Source: Rhizophagus irregularis (Eukaryota). From it: 64,000 bases of DNA. The stretch's first letter is position 1. Each line of letters begins with the position of its first letter. Below, piece after piece: positions 49,826-63,573 of this stretch. Location of the stretch: contig NC_089435.1 in NCBI RefSeq assembly GCF_026210795.1, forward strand, positions 1,922,001 through 1,986,000, given 5' to 3'. A program made the position numbers and the translations under genes. Below the pieces are notes generated by a model, which was given only the letters and a program-made list of their open reading frames with translations, did no database searches and was not told the origin of the DNA.

Positions 49826-51963
49826 GACAATCATATGCATTTATGCATAACGGTGATCAAATTTATAAATTATTTTGTGGGTTTCTCAGTACTGTGCCTA
49901 CTATCCTTTAATCTTTTTTATCTCCCTTTTATATTTCCGAATTACTTCGTTATTAACCAATAAAATCTCTTTTAATTGAAATTTTAATTTTATTACTGAT
50001 TATTTAATTAGACGTAATTACGTAATGCGGCATTTTATATCATTTTATGGCAATAAATGTTTTTTCAGACAATTAACTGAATGAATCAAATACACTAGTA
50101 TGTCATGTCATACTTCACATAAATCTTAAAATAATAACATTTATCAGTATTTATATCTATGGATAATTGTCAAAGAAGTCCAATTATTTTATAAACAAAT
50201 TTCTTTATAATCCTTCATAACCGTATATAATAAAATTTTAGCCGGCATTAAGTGTGTAGGTGTCTAGTGGCTTCATCCAGTCTTTATCCACTCAAAAAAT
50301 ATTAACTACCGAGCAAAAAATATAATTTTCAAAGAAGAAAATATATATTGCGTGATCGAGCAAATTACAAATCGCGATGGACTTACTCAATCGACAGACA
50401 AGTTTTAGCAAACATTATGCACAGTGCCATTCAAATCCTCCATTAAATATATCGGAGAAATTGGATTACAACTTGTGAACAACAATTTGGTGAAGTAATA
50501 GGCTCTTACGTACTAGGCCTTTACCACTTTACAGGGTCTCATATTTCATATTTACATATGGTAACTTAAAACTAAATTCCTCATTTAAATATTATATACG
50601 ATTCTAATAAAGAATACTCTTTTTTTTTGTAAATTCATTTGAACTGTGTAAACTTGGTAATAAAGCAGTTATAAAGATTCTTCTTTTAGTTTTACGTCCA
50701 ACACTTTTACATATACTAACAGCCAATGTTGACCTTTTACATTCTATGATTTTTCCATAAAGTAACACAATTAAGTTTTACAGGGTACCCAAATAACTCA
50801 CATAACGAATTTCTGTCTTACTATTTGTTAACGGCTAACCAAATTTAGGATGTCATATAAAGAATTATTTATCTGCCGAATATAGAAGTTCATGATCTGG
50901 TCACATTGCATAGTCGTTTCACATTCTCTGAACGTTGTGACAAGTTCTTATCATCGTCGTTTCAAAATGGTTGAAATTGATGCCGATCACGTAAGGTGTT
51001 GACAAAGTAAAAGACACAAGAAAAGATGTGTAATGTATGTAATGTAACACAGGATCATAAAAATACACCTTTTTATTGTGCTAAAAATAAAAGGTTGCAA
51101 AAACAAAATGATTAGCAATCATGTGATATTTTATCAATTGATCAACCTAAATAAGTGTGTTCTATGATCTTGCACATATTTTTTTCTTGGTTTTTGGAAA
51201 TTTATTATGTCCCCGCTTTCATGATCAACATAAATTTCAGCCATTTTGAAAACGGCAATGATAAAAATATAGAATGCAAGGAGGATGAGATCTCCATTGC
51301 TGGACCAACCTGGCTAGATGTACCCTGCAGTGCTGCAATGAGCTTGCCTCAATTTGCTATATCCAATTCTAACATTTGATTGAAATTATAATTAAAAGTT
51401 GTTTAATAAAAATATTTTATACCGATGTGATAAAATTTTTATATATAATAAATTTTCAAATACTCTTCTGATATTAAACAATATAAAAAAATTATTCTTA
51501 TGAATCAAAAGTACATACAAAAAAAAATAAAGTACACTATTATTATGTTATCCGCAATTTTCTGCACCTTTCTACAGTCTTTGCATCAATATACTAAAGA
51601 GTTTTCTCCTCTTAGGAAACACCTAATGATTTTTCCTACATTTTTTAAGAACATCAAAACAACAAAAGACTTAGTTTACTTAGTTGTAAAATAATAGTAT
51701 ATCCTTTTAATTATGCCTCTTTAATAATAGAATTTTGTATGACCAATTTTATCGGAATTTTCTGGGAGATACCTTAAATAGCTTCAAAATTCCAAGTAGC
51801 ATGATTCCCCTCAGAAGCCACCCTTTGTTTAATGTAGTACCTATGGGAAATAACATTCTTTTATAAAATATACCGTCTCTGGGGACGTTTAAATTTATAT
51901 CCCATAGAAATGTGATTAAGATATCAAAACATCAAAATAAGAAACGAAATGTGCTAATTTGTT

Positions 51964-52096
51964 TTATATTTGTGTTCATGTGTAAAAAACGTCTGAAAAA
52001 GCACCATTTTGTTTATTTTGTGTTTTTTATAATAAGACATAAATCGTACAAAATGGTGCTTTTTCAGACGCTTTTTACACATGAACACAAATATAA
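51964..52096. repeat. Near-perfect 133-bp palindrome (fold-back MITE or hairpin)
   Basis: ttatatttgtgttcatgtgtaaaaaacgtctgaaaaagcaccattttgt pairs with acaaaatggtgctttttcagacgctttttacacatgaacacaaatataa with a single mismatch. Confidence 0.85.
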
Positions 52097-52985
52097 GGGC
52101 TGAATTTATGCATTGCTATTTTTGTAAGTTTTGTAAGTCGCAAAAAAAAGTCTCATTATGTGTACAAAACCAGATTACCCGCCGATCGACTACGTCAAAA
52201 CAAATGTATGATTATACGCGGGTCATAGTTATTTTTAGTTAGTGGTCCATCGATTAGTTAAATAGTATGATTACATAAACATTTTTGACTATTTTATGTC
52301 AATTAAAATAAGATTCTTTTCTACTGTTTAATACATATTTTAATATTCATTTAATAATATTAGCATCAAACTCATTTTTAATTAAGATTCATGTGAAGAA
52401 CAATTAGGCAATGCTACGGTCACGTGACTGCTCCCGCAGGCAGAACCAAATTAACCTGGGCTCAGCCCTCAAACCTGTATAGCTCCCGTCATTGTCAATT
52501 TTAAAAATAAAAATAAAATAAATAAAAAAATCCAAATTAACCAGAAAAAGGTTTTTTAAATGCAACGACAATTTTATGTAGAGCCTATAAAAAATTTTAT
52601 CCGTTTTGTCGTAAAAACAAGGTAAATATTTATTTATATTTTGAGATTATAAATTCCGTGAATTTGCTACATTTACGGGAAATAAAACACAGATCAACAA
52701 AAAATGAACTATTGGATTCTACCATCTAAATAAAAAAACATACGAAATGCATTTGCTTATTCATTAGCACTTACAATGTCAACCCTTTCTAATAAATTAT
52801 AAACCTTAAAAGTAAGATCTTTCAAGATGTGGTATATAAAAGGAAATAATTTAATTAGAATTAATTACTGAATCGATCAAATAAATTTATCTAAAATTAT
52901 TGGTCGTTTATGAAAAAGAAAATAGTGAAATATTGAATAAATATATGGCTGTTGTATTCAATCCAATTGCAATTTTGTCCAAAGC

Positions 52986-53237
52986 TAGGGACTATGATTT
53001 TTTGCGACAATGTGAGACAAATTTTATGTGCGATAAAAGTGAATTTGATCTTTCAAATTACTATATAAGGAAATAACCACTAGTACCATCTTAAAACATT
53101 ATTAAAATGGTCGATAATTTGAGTATAAAGAATAACATTTTGTGAAATTATATGGTTAGTAATGTTAAAATTTATGTTAATTGCAAAATTTTGTGACTTT
53201 GCGATATATTGTGAAATGCCATAAATCATCGTCCCTA
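52986..53237. mobile_element. hAT-like MITE (~250 bp)
   Basis: Termini tagggactatgattt / aaatcatcgtcccta; degenerate flanking repeat gtccaaag / gtccgaag. Confidence 0.6.
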
Positions 53238-55079
53238 GTCCGAAGTTATAAAGGTCAGTTACTAGCTTTCATTGGGTTTGATTATCCTATTTTGTTGAGT
53301 TGAGAAAAGCCTACTGCCAGAACACTGACAAAATTTAGAGTTCCCATCCTAGCTTTCTTGCTAATATTAGTCGAGTTTATTTAGTATATACTATATTATA
53401 TTAATTCAATAAAGATATCAAATTTCCCTTGAAAAAATAAAAAATATATACGGTATACATACTGTACATAGTATATTGATAATTTCGGATGGTAAATACT
53501 AGTTGTCATTAGTCTGAAGCGATAAATAAAATATGTAGATTAATCGTCGTCAAAAATGAAGAAAATGGAAAATGTCCGGAAAATTGCAACATTCTGAACA
53601 CTTTCTGGGCACGGACATGAACCCCCTTTGTATAACCAGTCAGATCGTAATTACAATTGAGCACAATTACGATCAGCTATATACGTAAATGTGTCGTCTA
53701 TTATAAAATCGACACTGTAGGGACCACTCGCACCTTTACGTGCATGGGTTGTTTAATTATTGCCACTCAGGTGGTGTACCGAATAAAGTTTTGTTATTAG
53801 TGGATAAAATATGCTTTTTCCAAGTTTTAAGACTCATATTAAAAATGTAAAATTTCAGGAGAGAGTCTAATTTCTAAATTATGTAAACTAAAATCACTTC
53901 TGAGCCTACGTAAATATATTTAAGAACCAATAAAAATTAAAGTTTCCTATTCTAAACTAATTAACTAATTTCGAAAACGCATGGTAATAAAAATTTCTAA
54001 ATAAATTCCTCTACTAAATTCTACAATACTCTCGAGTCTCTCGCACGTAATCACATTGTTCCTCCTAATTCTGATATCGCACTTTAATTAATTTGATTAC
54101 CCATGTAAATTAACCAAACGTCATTTCCGGATCGTTAATATTTTGTATGGTCAAATTAAATAAAATACTGCGCCCAAAATTAATAATATCATTAGATAAA
54201 GTCCGCCTCTACAACACCAATTTTTGTAGATCGGTATGACTGACCGCAAATTCGCGATCAATCTAGCCCAATCTAGGGCTAATGCCAATTTTCGGACATA
54301 ATTTCCGGACATAATTTCCGGACATTCTTTATTTATGCATTGGATTGATCAATTTTGTATACGGTAAATTGTCTGAACTTCAACTTGAACTAATTTGTTA
54401 AAGGGCTGTGAAAGAATATTCTTTGTCAAATTTTCATCATGACAACCATAAACAGATGATCAGAAGATCATTTATATGCGAGTTGGCGCACGTTTCATTC
54501 ATTTTTTTGCATATTTTAAACCTTTCTTTGGTCAGTAGACGCAAGCTATAAATTTATGCATCAAACTTCCCACAAGACCCTAGTTATGCATAAATAAATG
54601 ACATTTAAATCTATCTTCTCGGGCTTAACGCTGGCTAACATTTATCTCAAAAAGGAGAGATCAGCGCAAATATTTTGGTCGCTCTGCATAAAAATCTGAG
54701 ACCTGACCAGTTTCATACACAGTTCAGGGTCTTCTTCCCACCATATCCAGTAAAAAAGGATTCACATCCAGAATTTTGAATGTAAGACTAGATAGATATA
54801 ATGAATTCCTAATTTTTGTATGATCCAACAAAGGTGAATGTTTCAGTCCTTCTAATTCATTACCATTTTTTATAAAAAAAATTAAATACTCATGTCTCTT
54901 ATTCACTCCTCACCTCATAATATACCTCGTCCAACGCCTCGTAAAAAAATATATACCTCAAGATGTTCGATATGAATATTATAGTAAAGTGTATGTATAC
55001 TATCAACGTTTTTATAAACCAATTATGATACCAATAATTTTAAAAATATTTTTTTTTATTTGCACTTAAATAACAATAG

Positions 55080-57008
55080 AATTCCAGATTTTAGTTTCGC
55101 TCCATGTTGCCCTATAGAGCCTAAAGTACTACAGCCAATTGATCAAAGTAATGTCTGTTTTTACCGAATTTATATATTATTGTAACAAATTTTTAACTAT
55201 TTCTTCTATAATCAGAGATTTGTATTATTGGCGCAGGAATGTCAGGTATACATAAGTTTTCTGATTTGGGGAGTTTTTAATCATAAATTCTTAATCATAT
55301 TATTACGATATCAACAGGTTTATTCGCCGCCTTACTCTTAGATATAGCTGGTCTTAAAAATATCGAAATACTTGAATGTCAAGAACGTGTAGGTGGGCGT
55401 GTTCATACAGAATATTTTTCTGATAATGTTACAAAAGATAAATTGTACGGCGAACTTGGAGCCATGAGATTACCAAAAGGCACAGATGGTATTCGATACT
55501 ATTAACTATTTGAATGAAGAAAACAGTAAAAACGAAAATAATTATGAAAGAGATTACAAAATTGATCATCTTTACCGATCAGAAGTAAGTTTGTTTTATT
55601 ACTTATTGATTGAATTTTACGATCAACTAAACATTTTTTATGAAACGAATAATTCAGTGGTTCGATATTTCTACAACAACAAACGCGATGATTCCAATAA
55701 AATTATGACCCAGGGATACGCAACCAATCCTGAAAACTTCGAAAAGCTTGGTTTTACAAACTCGGTTAGTAATGATTACAGGTTTATACTTTTGGCCGAT
55801 TCCTTGATGTATTATTTTAAAATTCTGGATGCTGACATCAATAAAAGAATTAAAGAACTTTTGGAAGTTGGCAAGTACAGCGTTTATTCTTACCTCAAAA
55901 GATACCTTTTTAGAAGAGTATCATATGAAGAAGACATCGATCAAACTATTGGCGCAATGAAATGACAGAGGCTGCAACAGGATTATTTAAAATTTCATTT
56001 GCTGAGGCCGTGATGGATGCTTATATATTTTTACATGACAATCAAGAATAAAAAACAATAAAATATGGAATGCAACGATTCCCTAATGCATTTAAGCCAA
56101 TTCTTGACAAGTACATAAAGTATGATTGTAAAGTTTTTAAATTGAAAAATGAAAATAATGGTAAGATACGAGTTTATTGGAAAGAAAAACATGGGATAGA
56201 AAAAAAACCTGGAAAAGTATATGATAGCCCCTTTGGTGTCGTTCGTCAATGGGAATTGCCTGGTTAGTATATATATTTAAATTTATTGTGGTCATCATTG
56301 ATTTATTTATACTATTAACAAATATTTACAAAAAACAAATCATAGATAAACTAGACAGAAATGATGACATTGATTATATCAGAAGACGAGCGATTCGAGA
56401 ATTAAATTATGACAATTCTGCAAAGATCTTTTTAAAATTTAAATCTCGATTCTGGGAAAAAGATAGTAGACCTATCGCTGGTGGTAGCTCATCGACTGAC
56501 CTTCCAATTCGGACCATGATCTATCCATCCTATTATAAAGATGATCAGGGTAATCCAGACGAAGATGGTCCCGCAATCCTACTTGGTTCATACACTTGGG
56601 CAAATGATGCAGCAAAATACTCTCCATACCCACAAAAAGAGAATGTTAAATTATGCCAAAAATCTTAAGATTCTCCATCACAGAGGTAGATGTAGGCAAA
56701 GAGTGGCTTGATGGTCGTGGCAATTCATCTATCTATTAGCCAAATGATCCAACTACTGTTGGAGCATTTGCACTTTTTGGACTAAAACAATTTGAGGATC
56801 TATTGTATCCAATAATCAGTTTAATATACATTGGGCTGGTGAACATACTGATATATATCATGCATGGATTATCGGTGCCTTGAATTCAGCCGTTACAGTT
56901 GTTAAGGAGGTTTTACTTCAATCGGGTATAAAAGATAAATGGGGTGAATTGTTAAAGCATAAATTATTGGAACATTAGCAAGGGAGAGAATACGAAAATA
57001 AGGACTGA
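55080..57008 (+). pseudogene. Flavin amine oxidase / L-amino-acid-oxidase-like pseudogene, multi-exon; true 5' end uncertain and may lie further upstream
   Basis: ICIIGAGMS|GL (GxGxxG split by intron 55246-55317), ERVGGRVHT, YGELGAMRLP, KIFLKFKSRFWE, TDLPIR, SYTWANDA, IHWAGEHTDIYHAWIIGALNSA. Frameshifts near 55480, 55960 and 56660; TAG stops at 56737 and 56976. Confidence 0.88.
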
Positions 57009-58327
57009 ATTTTTTCAAATCACCTTTGTATTAAAGATAGTCTGTACGTAGTACAGTATATCATATCAATAAAGTGAATTCGAATGTTATACTTTATACT
57101 AAAAACCATTATATTTATTATATTCTCAAAATGAATCTAATAACATTTCCCTTTTGCATCTCAGTTTAGATAATGCGATTTCGTAAATCGTAATCTGAAA
57201 GCAAAAAAGTAAATATATTTTTAGGATTTAACTATTAATTTAAAAGAAAAGATAATTAAACTTCAAATTGGTTATTTCAGAGTATAGGAAAAAAAATTTT
57301 AGTACAGTGCCCTCGATAACGAATTCATGATACGAATTTACCGAACACGTGACATCTAATCACGGTATTGTAATGCCTTAAATGTTAAGATTAGCATTAT
57401 ATGGCTGAATGTCATTCAGCTGTCAGCTGAAGCAAAATGTAATCTAACTTATCCGAGACACAACAGTCACAATATGTTACAATAAATTGGCTCATGGAAT
57501 TTTGATCCAAAAAAGTAGACACTAAGTAAACTTTTTGTTAATTAAACTAACTTTGACGTCTTGAATAAAGTTACGCACCATGACAAAATAACGCAATATT
57601 AGATTCTTACTGCGAAATTTATCCATACCTCTCAGTTTAATATAATTAAACATTGGAATTTTAAGTACTTTTATTTCCCAAGTAAGCTAGTATAAAAATA
57701 AAACAAAAGATAAAAAAAATACATATATATTCAATAATAACGATTTTTATTGAGACAAAATTTTTTTCACATGTTTCATTTACAGTCTAAAAGAAAATGC
57801 ATTTGAACCAAAAATGTAAAAGCCGTGAATATAAATGGTTAATTAAATGGTATTTGTTTGAAAGAGAAAACCCCATTAAAAAAGAAAGAATCAACTTTGC
57901 ATAATAAGGTGATCGTCTGATTGTTGTTTATCAATGACTTGCGTCATTGCGACCACAGAACTTGTGATTAATTATAGCAATGATATTCCTAATAGATATA
58001 TTGTTCGTTTTATGTATTATACCAAATTTGTAACTATAATAGATCCATTTTAAATTTTATAGTGTATTACAAAATTTAATTTTTCGGATATAATCAAATT
58101 TTTATATCTTTCCAATTTTAATTTATCGAAACAAAGGCTTTAAAACGGAAATTAATCCTTTTTTTCCGAATATGAATTAATAATCAAAAAAAAAATATAT
58201 ATATTTTTTTTATAAATAGGACTTTCTAACATATCCTAATTAAATAACTTTTTTTTTAAAAAAAAAAAAAAAATTTCTTTTTTTTAACCAATCAACAAAA
58301 AAAATTTAATTTTTTTTACTAACAACA

Positions 58328-61276
58328 ATGTCGAAACACGAGAAAAATTCTATTATACCTATGAAAGAAGATTATATAAAAGATGATAATAATAATAATT
58401 CAATTATAAGTGATTATTTAATTAAAGAGATTTTCGATTTAAAAGATGACGTTAAAATGATTATCGATGAATTAATTAAAATAATAATTAAAATACAAGA
58501 TAAAATTGGTTATGAAATTAATATAATGAGACAAATTATTAATAAAAATATTTCTCTTATTAAACAACCCATTTCAAATAATATTTATGATTGGTTGATA
58601 GAAAATCAATCATCATCTCAATATATTTTCTTTCTTGGTTTTCTTTATTATAATAATATTATTATAAAAAAAGATATTAATAAATCATTTGAATTACTTT
58701 TAAAGGCATCAAGGGATGATTATCCTATTGCTCAAGTTTATTTAGGAACTTTATATGAACATGGTATAGAAACTAAAGAAAATTTAAAAGCTGCATTTTA
58801 TTGGTACAATAAAGCTTCAGAAATTGGAAACAAAAATGCACAATATAATTTAGGTAGATTTTATGAAAATGGAATTTTCATTGAAAAAAATGATTCTGAA
58901 GCGTTCAATTATTATTATAAATCAGCTAAACAAGAGGACGTTAATGCGCAATTGCAACTCGGATGTTTATATGAAAACGGTAGAGGTGTTGAAAAAAATT
59001 TAGATGAAGCTTTTGAATGGTACAAAAAAGCGGCGAAAAATGGAAATAAATTTGCACAATATAACTTAGGTAAATTTTATGAATGTGGAAGTGATAATAT
59101 TACAAAAGATTATGTCAAAGCATTTAAATATTACGAAAAATCGGCTAAACAAGAAAATGTTTGTGCACAATATCAACTTGGATGTTTATATGTAAATGGA
59201 AGAGGAGTTGAAAAAAATTTGGAAAAAGCGTTTGAATGGTATGAAAAAGCAGCAGAAAATGGAAATAAGCTAGCACAATATAATTTAGGATTTTGTTATG
59301 AAAATGGCAGAGGAATTAAAAGAGACATCGAAAAAGCAATTGAATGGTATAAAAAATCAGCTGAACAAGAAAACAGTGATGCACAATATAAACTTGGTAA
59401 TTTTTATGAACATGGTAAAAACTTAGAAAAAGATCATGTTGAAGCATTTAATTGGTACAAAAGAGCGGGAGAAAATGGAAATAAAATTGCACAATATAGT
59501 TTAGGTAAATTTTATGAAAGTGAATATTATGGTATTGAAAAAAATGATATCAAAGCATTTGAATGGTATGAAAAATCAGCTAAACAAGAAAATAGTGATG
59601 CGCAAAATAAACTCGGTTTTTTTTATGAGCATGGTAAAGGAGTAGAAAAAAATTATAATAAGGCGCTTGAGTTTTATGAAAAATCAGCTAAACAGAACAA
59701 TATTTTTGCACAATACCAACTTGGATGTTTATATGGAAATGGAAGAGGAGTTGAAAAAAATTTGAAAAAAGCGTTTAAATGGTATAAGAAAGCAGCAGAA
59801 AATGGAAATAAATTAGCGCAATATAATGTAGGATTTTGTTATGAAAATGGTAATGGAATTAGAAAAGATATAGTAAAAGCAATTGAATGGTATAACAAAT
59901 CAGCTGAACAAGAAAATAGTGATGCACAATATACTCTTGGTTGTATTTATGAATATGGTAAAGGAATAGAAAAAGATTTTAAAAAAGCGCTTGAATACTA
60001 TGAAGCATCAGCTAAACTTGAAAATAAAAATTCACAATATAAACTTGGTTATTTTTATGAACATGGTAAAGGAGTGGAAAAAAATTATAATAAAGCATTT
60101 GAATGTTATAGTAAATCAGCAGAAAAAGATAATGTTTATGCACAATACCAACTTGGATATTTATATGAAAATGGTAGAGGAGTCAAAAAAGATCTAGAGA
60201 AATCATTTAAATGGTACAAAAAAGCAGCAAAAAATGGAAGCAAATTTGCACAAAATAAGTTGGGGAAATTTTATGAAGGTGGAATTGGTAATATTAATAA
60301 AAATTATGCTAAAGCATTTGAATATTACGAAAAATCAGCAAAACAAGATTATGTTTGTGCACAATATCAACTTGGGTGCTTATATGGAAATGGAAGAGGA
60401 GTTGAAAAAAATTTAGATAAAGCATTTGAGTGGTATAAAAAAGCAGCAGAAAATGGAAATGAACAGGCACAATATAATTTAGGATTTTGTTATGAAAGTG
60501 GTAAAGGAGTAAAAAAAGATATAGTAAAAGCAGCCGAATGGTATAAAAAATCGGCCGAGCAAGAAAATAGCGGTGCTCAATATAAGCTTGGTAGTTTTTA
60601 TGAATATGGTAAAGGAATTGAAAAGAATTTAGAAAAATCGCGTGAATATTATGAATTATCTGCTAAACAAAATAATAGTAATGCACAATATCAACTTGGA
60701 TGTCTATATGAAAATGGAAAAGGAATGAAAAGAGATTTTGGAAAAGCATTCGAGTGGTACAAAAAAGCAGCAGAGATTGGAAACAAACTTGCACAATACA
60801 GTTTAGGATATCTTTATGAAAAAGGCAAAGGGACTGAAAAAGATATAAAAAAAGCAATTGAATGGTATGAAAAGTCAGCTAAACAAGATTATGGTCAAGC
60901 ACAATGTAATCTTGGATTTTTATATGAAAGAAGTAACGAAATAGAAAAAAATTTAGAAAAAGCCTTTGATTTGTATCAAAAAGCGTTAAAGAATGGATAT
61001 GAAGTTGCATATTATTGTTTAGGTAAATGTTATCAAGATGGGATTGGTATTGAAAAAGATGAAGTTAAAGCATTTGAACATTATAAAAAATCAGTTGATA
61101 AAGGATATTTAAAGGGAAAATACATACTTGGATACTGTTATGAAAATGGGATTGGAACAGATATTGATAAAGAAAAAGCATTCAATCTATATAATATCGC
61201 TGCTAAAGATGGAAATAAGGATGCAAAAAAAAGGCTAGCGCTTGATGTAATAATCAATAGGAATTTTGAAGAGTAG
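58328..61276 (+). CDS. Sel1-like repeat protein, ~23 repeats, single exon
   Basis: 982-aa ORF of AQY.LG..YE.G.G.EK...KAFEWY.K.A repeats. Confidence 0.93.
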   Translation: MSKHEKNSIIPMKEDYIKDDNNNNSIISDYLIKEIFDLKDDVKMIIDELIKIIIKIQDKIGYEINIMRQIINKNISLIKQPISNNIYDWLIENQSSSQYIFFLGFLYYNNIIIKKDINKSFELLLKASRDDYPIAQVYLGTLYEHGIETKENLKAAFYWYNKASEIGNKNAQYNLGRFYENGIFIEKNDSEAFNYYYKSAKQEDVNAQLQLGCLYENGRGVEKNLDEAFEWYKKAAKNGNKFAQYNLGKFYECGSDNITKDYVKAFKYYEKSAKQENVCAQYQLGCLYVNGRGVEKNLEKAFEWYEKAAENGNKLAQYNLGFCYENGRGIKRDIEKAIEWYKKSAEQENSDAQYKLGNFYEHGKNLEKDHVEAFNWYKRAGENGNKIAQYSLGKFYESEYYGIEKNDIKAFEWYEKSAKQENSDAQNKLGFFYEHGKGVEKNYNKALEFYEKSAKQNNIFAQYQLGCLYGNGRGVEKNLKKAFKWYKKAAENGNKLAQYNVGFCYENGNGIRKDIVKAIEWYNKSAEQENSDAQYTLGCIYEYGKGIEKDFKKALEYYEASAKLENKNSQYKLGYFYEHGKGVEKNYNKAFECYSKSAEKDNVYAQYQLGYLYENGRGVKKDLEKSFKWYKKAAKNGSKFAQNKLGKFYEGGIGNINKNYAKAFEYYEKSAKQDYVCAQYQLGCLYGNGRGVEKNLDKAFEWYKKAAENGNEQAQYNLGFCYESGKGVKKDIVKAAEWYKKSAEQENSGAQYKLGSFYEYGKGIEKNLEKSREYYELSAKQNNSNAQYQLGCLYENGKGMKRDFGKAFEWYKKAAEIGNKLAQYSLGYLYEKGKGTEKDIKKAIEWYEKSAKQDYGQAQCNLGFLYERSNEIEKNLEKAFDLYQKALKNGYEVAYYCLGKCYQDGIGIEKDEVKAFEHYKKSVDKGYLKGKYILGYCYENGIGTDIDKEKAFNLYNIAAKDGNKDAKKRLALDVIINRNFEE

Positions 61277-63573
61277 AACGGGTTAGGTAAGGTCAGATAA
61301 TTGCGTCTTATTTTTTTGATTGGGGCAACATCAACTCGAACATATATAAATAGTACTCTGATCTCGACCTTTATTAGAATTGAATCTATTTTATTATCAT
61401 TTATTTATAGCAATTATTGCGTTCTTTATTAGTCATCTATATAGAAAATTATTTATTTAAAAAAATTTGTAATGTTAGAAATGTTTTCATAAAATAATAA
61501 AAGAAAATTTAAAACATTTATACGAAAAAAGTAGTACAAATTCTTCGTAAAAAAGTTTAAACCCACTTTACGAAATGACCAATCTCCTTAGTCTCTAATA
61601 AATTAAAAGGTAAGCGAGACGGTGAGGGTTTTTGTTTTTATTTTTTTATCAAATTTCAGGAACGGCACATTTTTTTTAGGAACGTCTCCTGGACTTGGAG
61701 TCGGATCTGGTTAATCTTACCGAAAATTACTTCGCCGACCACTCCAACGACCAGTGCAAAGCTACTTTAAAGAGAATTGAACTATTTTTTTTCTAATTTT
61801 TGCTCATCCCAGCTGATATCCGGACTTTCGCCGAAGTCTATTTCAACGCAAGAGATGCTTAAATACCATTTTCCCGGCGAATAGACGTTCTACCGAATGG
61901 CTATTTTAGTTAGCGAAAGACATTTTCCGAAGATATGTAATTTTTTAATTTTCTTTTTTATTTTTTTAGAAAAGGCAAACGAATTATTTATATATTATAC
62001 TAAGTCGCGTTTGCCTAATTTTTTTTTTATTGAAACAAAGAAAATTAGTTTTATTTGACAAATTCATCATACTCATCAAATTTCCAAAACAGGTGAAAAT
62101 AAATAGTTTAAAGAGAATTTTTCTTTGAACATTTTTTATTTTCTTTATATCGAATTATTAATGATTAAGGAAATATGTTAATCAACAACATTTTCGACGA
62201 AATGCCCTTCAACGAAATGGATGACTTGGAAAAGGGATTCGGCGAAAAATTCGAGGTAAATATTAATAATTAGTATAATATTTAAAAAAAGTTTCATTTT
62301 TATACTAAAAACATAATAATAATATGCTTATTTTTTTTTAAAAAAAAATTTAATTTTATTAAAATTACCATATGAGATGATACTATCGGTGACAGAGATG
62401 ATCCTATCGACGAAACGTTTGAATGATTGTCGGTGAAGTAACGGTCGATGAGTTGAATGCGCTCCCTTGGATTTCGGGCTGAAATTTCGGATGATAGGTT
62501 AGAGACTAAACTAACATTCCTTTTTCCTTTTGCTTTTTTCCTTAAGGAATTCATTCAAATTTACCTCCAAGAGCTGTACCGTTGCTTTTGTAAAATATTC
62601 TGATGAATTGGCGAAATTACTTAAATATACTGTAATTCAGGTAAATATTCGAGAAAAGGAGAATGTTAATGATTTGATTGCGGAATAAATGAAATATTTT
62701 TTGTAGATTACAATATGATATTGTTTTATCGTTATCAACCGAGATATCAGATCAATAAATTTGTTAACCTGGATCAACCCGCCCGACCCGATGCTCTAAT
62801 ATAGTTATACAAGTACTGTACTTTTATATTAGCAAGAAACTTAGAGTTTTGTAAAACAGTATGGATGATAATATCACAAAGACATTCAACAGGTTAGCGT
62901 TAATATGTCTGATATAGGTTGATAAAAATTAACTAGAGATACTTTCCGATCGAACAAACAATCCGGACCATGACATTACCATGACGCTATTCATTATTAT
63001 TTTTTTCAAGGATGCCCGACGGATTACGCTTGGCAGTTGCAATGGAAAACTTAAACGCTTACGAACAATTGTCAAAGATTATAACAATTTGAGTCGACGT
63101 TACTTTTAAAAAAAACTAATTGAGAATTGAACCCCAAAAAAAATCATGCGTAGATGGTCTCTTAATTAAAGTGTATTTAGAAAATAAATTTTCTTTAACA
63201 TCCCAAAAAATTCTAATTAAAATTTACGGTAAATCGATAAATTCATTTTATTTATTAATCAACTCCTATAACTCCTATACAAAATGTCTACAGTAAACGA
63301 TAATTTGATCTCCCAATAAAAAAAAAAATATAGACTAAAGCCCGAGCCCCGACTTTTCCTGTGGGTCCCCATATGTTGTTGAACGATGTCAATTCAAACT
63401 TTAAAATATACTTTACGCCTTTAGTAACATAAAATTTATCTTACCATAATTCTAACAAACTTTACTACCAAAAAAAAAAATATATATATATAGACTAACA
63501 AACTTTTTGCTACCAAGAAAAAACAAACACTCGATTATTGTATCAACATCATCATATCATCACTTAAAGCATA

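Noticed and set aside
62300..62554. 84-aa minus-strand ORF ending at a possible splice donor
   Set aside because: No recognisable domain, and no downstream exon could be joined with confidence.
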